In this document: positions 59,804 to 61,654 of the stretch, one piece after another | How positions within the stretch are numbered: position 1 is the first letter of the stretch | Layout of the letters: each line of letters opens with the position of its first letter | DNA from: Rubritepida sp. | Lineage (GTDB): Bacteria; Pseudomonadota; Alphaproteobacteria; Acetobacterales; Acetobacteraceae | Direction: 5' to 3' | Length of the DNA: 61,654 bases | Assembly: GCA_041639675.1 (NCBI GenBank) | Contig: JBEQBS010000001.1 | Coordinates: forward strand, 1 to 61,654 | Translations under genes and position numbers: made by a program | Notes under the pieces: generated by a model | The model's database searches: none | Seen by the model: the letters and a program-made list of their open reading frames with translations, nothing else | What the model was told of the DNA's origin: nothing

Positions 59804-59818
59804 GTTGACTATGTAAAC
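59804..59818. promoter_or_regulatory. Operator palindrome, copy 7
   Basis: GTTGACTATGTAAAC in the divergent lyase/MarR gap. Confidence 0.65.
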
Positions 59819-59917
59819 AATCACCTATGCTTCGTCAACGGAACAGTGGCCAGTTGGGGCCTATATGCAGCGCAAGTCCTTTGGTAGGGTCCATGTGCTG
59901 AGCGCGGAGCCGCCCCT

Positions 59918-60478
59918 TTGCCTGGAAGAGCTGCCAAGACATCCGTCGATTCTGCGTCCAAGACGATCAAGGATCTCCTGTCCTACAGGATCCACCGCTT
60001 GGCGAACGCCTTGAGCCAGGGTGCCGCCCGCCGGTACCGGGCGGAGTTCGACGTCAGCCTCATGGAATGGCGCATTCTCGCCCTGCTCGGGGACTTCGCG
60101 CCGATGACGCTGAAGGAACTGGCTCTCGAGAGCGGCCTCGACAAGAGTTTGGCCAGCCGCACCGTCAGCGGATTGGTTGACCGCCGACTGATCCTGCGAG
60201 CGACCGGAGCCGAGGATGCCCGTGAGGTAAGCCTTCGCCTTACCGCCGCTGGCCGCCGGACCTACGAGGGGTTGATCCAGTCCGCGCGGGCACGCGACGC
60301 AGCCTTCTCGGCAGCTCTCGAAGCAGGCGAGCAAGCCGTCCTGGAGGGACTGATCGAAAAGCTGATGTTGGTCGCGCGCCAGCAGGCCCGGCCAGAGGCT
60401 TGGGCCACTGGGCAACGGAACGCGACTGCAAGGGCCCGCAGGGCTGTCGAGTCCCGCACGGGCGCGAAGCGTGCTTGA
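59918..60478 (+). CDS. MarR-family regulator
   Basis: LLSYRI..LA, EWRILA.L, LDKS.ASR.V..L, D.R..L.LT.AG; TTG start after GGAG. Confidence 0.92.
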   Translation: MPGRAAKTSVDSASKTIKDLLSYRIHRLANALSQGAARRYRAEFDVSLMEWRILALLGDFAPMTLKELALESGLDKSLASRTVSGLVDRRLILRATGAEDAREVSLRLTAAGRRTYEGLIQSARARDAAFSAALEAGEQAVLEGLIEKLMLVARQQARPEAWATGQRNATARARRAVESRTGAKRA

Positions 60479-60643
60479 AGGGATCAAGTCCGTCCACGAC
60501 ACCCTGGAGATGCGCGGGAGGCTCCGGCTGGCTTCTCTGGCGCCTGACTGATTCATCGGCGCTGCGTAGCAACAAGCCTGCCTCCTCAGCAGGACCGGCT
60601 TGAGAGGGTCGCTCTTCTAGCTGTCGTGCATCAACACCTCTGC

Positions 60644-61117
60644 TCATGACGTCGTGTGCATGTCGAGCAGTCCGTCCAACACGGCGATGGCCAGCGTCCC
60701 TGCCAAGCCATCCAGGCGGCCCGCCCTGCGGTCCTCTTCCTCGACCAGATGCAGCGCCAACCATGCGATGGCCCGCAGCCCGGACAGGCTGCGCGGGCGG
60801 CGCCCGGACACGTGCTCGACCAGCACGGCGGCGTTGCAGCGCATGGCGAACCCTGCCTCGGCGTCGCCACCGGGCTGGTCGGCGCGGCCGAGCAGGTGCA
60901 CGACCTGCACGCAGTCGCGCAGCAGGCCACGCTCGCGCGCCGCGGCACGACGCCGCCGCTGGCAGGCCGGGCAGCGGGTCGGGACCTGTGCGGCCGCCGC
61001 CGTGCCCGACGGGCCGGATGCCGCGCCACCGGGGACGAGGTGCGCCAGCGCCTGGGCGTGGACGCGCAGGTGCGTTGGCCCGGACCGTCGGTCCGGGATA
61101 GCGTGGGCGGCAGCCAT
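60644..61117 (-). CDS. Hypothetical protein
   Basis: AGGAGAG RBS-like sequence before ATG 61117; contains CPAC and a helical C-terminus; no family recognised. Confidence 0.4.
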   Translation of the reverse strand: MAAAHAIPDRRSGPTHLRVHAQALAHLVPGGAASGPSGTAAAAQVPTRCPACQRRRRAAARERGLLRDCVQVVHLLGRADQPGGDAEAGFAMRCNAAVLVEHVSGRRPRSLSGLRAIAWLALHLVEEEDRRAGRLDGLAGTLAIAVLDGLLDMHTTS

Positions 61118-61229
61118 CTCATGCTCTCCTTGGGAGCAGGGGTGGTCAGGCGGGACCGGGCGTTGGCGCGCCCGGTCCTGCCGTCCCCGGCGCATGTTGC
61201 GCCGGTGCCGGACATCTAGTACGTGCCCG

Positions 61230-61253
61230 ACATCATGACAACAGTCATCATGT
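61230..61253. promoter_or_regulatory. Inverted repeat in an AT-rich divergent gap (possible XRE operator)
   Basis: ACATCATGAC-AACA-GTCATCATGT (9/10 complementary arms). Confidence 0.5.
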
Positions 61254-61443
61254 ACCACCGGTACGTCAAGCGATTTGCCGCGCCTGCGCATGCCCGGCGG
61301 GACGGGGGGCGGTGAGCGCGGACCCGGATCGGGCGCCGGAACCATCGGGGCAGGCGACCACCACCTCGTCCGCCTCCATTCCGACTGCACCTCGCGCCCC
61401 CGGGCCGACCAGCCGCGCGCGGCGTGACCCTGTCCCTGCCCCT

Positions 61444-61654
61444 GTGCTGACGGCCGCCCTGTGCCGGGCGGCGCGGGCCGGGCTGGGCTGGACCCAGCGC
61501 GAGCTGGCCGGGCGCGCCGGGGCGAGCCGGGTGGCGCTGGCGGACTGGGAGCGCGGGCACAGCCGGATGCAGGCGCGCATCATCCTGCGCTTCCAGGCGG
61601 CGCTGGAGGCGGCGGGCGTGCCGCTGCTGCCGCCCGGCGAGGGCGAGGGTCCGG
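61444..61654 (+). CDS. XRE-family HTH regulator (runs off the window end)
   Basis: Read from sequence, absent from the ORF track: VLTAALCRAARAGLGWTQRELAGRAGASRVALADWERG..ALEAAGV. Confidence 0.85.
   Translation, partial: MLTAALCRAARAGLGWTQRELAGRAGASRVALADWERGHSRMQARIILRFQAALEAAGVPLLPPGEGEGP

Overview
Very GC-rich alphaproteobacterial DNA, Roseomonas/Acetobacteraceae-like by gene style (inference). Bases 1-3114 are host-like genes: a Bug/TTT solute-binding protein, a GntR regulator and a lactonase. At 3332-3379 lies the 3' half of a tRNA-Glu(CTC) gene, an att-site relic, followed by a tyrosine integrase. The remainder looks like a mosaic genomic island in which defence and catabolic modules alternate. 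Defence modules: HipBA, a ComEC-type MBL hydrolase + membrane protein pair, a type I R-M operon with an extra single-TRD subunit and an M48/DUF45 protein, a 1388-aa NACHT/STAND-like NTPase with a C-terminal PD-(D/E)xK nuclease, and a Mokosh type I-like pseudokinase-helicase + PLD pair. Catabolic modules: an 18-36.5 kb aromatic cluster (Rieske dioxygenase, atypical PcaHG, ferredoxin/reductase, four Bug proteins), a flavin monooxygenase/LysR pair, and a 51-60 kb acyl-CoA cluster with MarR. A 15-bp palindrome GTTGAC-N3-GTCAAC occurs seven times in front of genes of both large catabolic clusters, suggesting one regulon split by defence inserts. An IS5 copy and relics of IS21, IS3 and a Cre-like recombinase mark several junctions. 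All calls come from reading motifs by eye; no searches were run.
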